A stretch of 63,998 nt of DNA, the filler included, from Asterionella formosa (lineage: Eukaryota), in assembly GCA_002256025.1 (NCBI GenBank). It is 10 parts of 10 records of this genome, joined end to end, with 100 filler letters (N's around TTAATTAATTAA, not from the genome) between each part and the next. Parts side by side here need not be neighbours in the genome. Positions count along the whole stretch, not along the records: positions 58,239 to 63,998 come from NKIB01012927.1; 9 more parts are not named here. One strand, 5' to 3'. Made by a program: the position numbers and the translations under genes. Positions 61,430-63,998 of this stretch are shown here, piece after piece. Each line of letters begins with the position of its first letter. Position 1 is the stretch's first letter. Under the pieces are notes generated by a model. It saw only the letters and a list, made by a program, of their open reading frames with translations, was not told the DNA's origin and did not search any database.

Positions 61430-62996
61430 GTAAGCATTAAAGTTTAGCTTAAACCATGCATGGTTGTTTCGAGTACCACGTATGCATGTAGGCTAGATGA
61501 CTACCGGTAGAATATCCGTTAAGCATCATCACATGCATGACTGGAGCAAAAACTTGCCACCAACATCAGATGTATCGATATCATCGTTCGTCCGACGAAA
61601 TATGGACGATGCGACTACATGAATCCCTCGAGAAGACAAGCAATCCAACAACCACCCACATCCGTTAGAGAACGAATCGCTACTGGCGTCATCGCGCAAC
61701 TGATTTCTCTTCAAACCGGTCATGATGGATGACGATCGGCATGGTGAAAGGTGAATTGCCGGAATCCACTTTTCAGGAGACGAACAAAAACGAGGTGAAT
61801 TCTATATATAAATTATAAAAATCTGTAGAGTAGTACATTAAATGGTTTCCTTAAGTAGACCCCTTGCCGGTTTCGGCAATCCCAGGGCTGGAAAACCGAA
61901 GGTAATTGGCGTCTGTTGTCTTGCCAAAATGCTAACACATGTGATGATGCTTAACGGATATTCTACCGGTAGTCATCTAATCTACGTACGTAGGTGGTAC
62001 TAAAAACAACCATGCATGGTGATTTGAGCTAAACTTTAACGCTTACCTTGACCGCACCACCCAGCCGAGTACACATGTGTACGAGAAGGCATGTAGCCAT
62101 CGAGAAGGGTATTGCTGAGGCAATTCACAAACTAGCTATCGTCACGCCATTCGCTTACCCACTGCCTACTCATCGAGTGTAAATGTCAATTTTAGCTCAC
62201 TATAGCCCATCATATAAAAAATATTTCGGATATTTCCTATCTTCACATCGAAATTTGCAATGGGTCCGATATTGCCCATCATTAAAATATATTTTGGATA
62301 TTTCCTATATTCGTATTTTGGCATTACAATATGTAGCAATTGCCCCTCGGTTGTCCAGCCCTGGGATTGCCGAAACCGGCAAGGGGTCTACTTAAGGAAA
62401 CCATTTAATGTACTACTCTACAGACTTTTATAATTTATATATAGAATTCACCTCGTTTTTGTTCGTCTCCTGAAAAGTGGATTCCGGCAATTCACCTTTC
62501 ACCATGCCGATCGTCATCCATCATGACCGGTTTGAAGAGAAATCAGTTGCGCGATGACGCCAGTAGCGATTCGTTCTCTAACGGATGTGGGTGGTTGTTG
62601 GATTGCTTGTCTTCTCGAGGGATTCATGTAGTCGCATCGTCCATATTTCGTCGGACGAACGATGATATCGATACATCTGATGTTCGTGGCAAGTTTTTGC
62701 TCCGGTCATGCATATGAAATATTCAAAATATATTTTATTGATGGGCAATATCGGACCTTTGGCAATTTTCGAGGTGAAAATAGGAAATATCCGAAATATA
62801 TTTTATATGATGGGCAACAGTACCGGTAGTAAGCTAAAATTGACATTTATGCTTTATTTGTGGGCAGTAGGTAAGCGAATGACGCGACAATAGCTAGAGC
62901 GGGAATTGCCTCAACAATACCCTTTTCGGCGGGTACTTGCCTTCTCGTATACATGTGTACTCGCAGGCAAGAGACCACCTCGGGCGTGTATTGCCT
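61430..62996. repeat. Nested inverted-repeat (foldback-like) complex
   Basis: Inverted pairs: ~61431-61535/61938-62046 (~105 bp), ~61533-61893/62353-62712 (~360 bp), ~62075-62305/62716-62955 (~230 bp). Confidence 0.88.
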
Positions 62997-63998
62997 GTCT
63001 CGTCAATCTCTGAAATACTAGCTAGTATGCAGCAAAATTGTAAGTGAACTTTGGATTGCAGTAGTATGTTCTTGTGATAGTTGTATGTTGGTAATGCGAC
63101 CACTACTAACAGCTCATTGCATGTGTGGATGTGATTTTAAAAAGAATGGTGATGACTAGATATCATAACAGCCATGAAAATGTTCGTTTGATTATGTAGT
63201 CGTCTGAGATATTCGGTTTACTGACATCCATGCCTAGTATAGAGTGCGTCATACTTCTTCGTTTTCGTCGCCAATTCAAGCCCAATTGATTGCCAGCTAT
63301 CATTGATTAACCACTTTTTTCTCATTACTAGAAAAACCCTTCGAATGTCTTCGTCTATTAATTACCGACTACAAGTTATTACACTCTGGCGTATTTTTGA
63401 TTGTTGAATTGAATCAAGCTTTCCGGATTCTCTATCACCATGTCATGCAAATTTGTCACTGAGGGACCACCATTTGTTGCAAGCTGATAAAGCAGGTCGG
63501 GTAGTTACAAATTTACACAAATAACATGATTCTTTGATAGATTTAAGAGATGATTGAACTCGCTCCAAAAGCCTATCATTGAGGCTTCATGAGCGATGCA
63601 AGGAGTGCATGAAGCTTAACTCACAATGTGCAAGATTATTCAAACTAGCTAGCAGTATGGATAAATCTACTACTAAAGACTACAATGTTAACATCGAAGC
63701 TCCTCTGATTTTGAAATTTGGATGCTAATGAATTTCTACTAGTAGTTGTTGAAATGAACAAGGGAATGAATTTGGTTCAAGAAGCCAACCAAAGAATCAT
63801 GCTGCCATCATCATTGTTGAATGGCTGTTGTCAACAATTTTCAACAGAACAAGTACTAGTGCGTACTGACACTTCTAATAGCTAGCTATTCATTTCATCT
63901 ACATTCTATCATTTGGTTGAGGTTGAAATGAAGTGATAGTGAGTCGCAATTTACATATTGTGTGTATACTACAGTTACAATATTTTTTGTCATCTGCT

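Overview
Eukaryotic DNA, almost certainly from a diatom: there is an Lhcf/FCP gene, diatom-type HSF and HMG-box factors, CoDi-type Copia and bipartite plastid presequences. The window is not one locus. It is ten unrelated ~6.4-kb contigs sorted by decreasing length and joined by 100-nt artificial spacers (N44-TTAATTAATTAA-N44), so gene order across spacers is meaningless. Eight host genes are well supported: a Trp-rich repeat protein, a single-pass secretory membrane protein with one intron, an HSF, a membrane metzincin with MIU-like motifs, an HMG-box factor, Lhcf, a DED1/DDX3-like helicase and an Atg22-like MFS transporter. There is also one plastid-targeted protein of unknown function. The rest is mostly transposon debris: Copia and Gypsy LTR elements, two LINEs, a CryptonS-like tyrosine-recombinase element and a Plavaka-like remnant. 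The most unusual signals are: (1) a mosaic of nested inverted modules at 58.2-63.0 kb joined at recurring ATTGC-N4/5-GCAAT dyad sites; (2) two Copia elements whose primer-binding position holds short palindromes instead of a recognisable tRNA PBS; (3) a membrane metalloprotease with many MIU-like motifs; (4) an array of hairpins with a conserved stem and variable loops. All family calls come from motif recognition by eye; no database searches were run.
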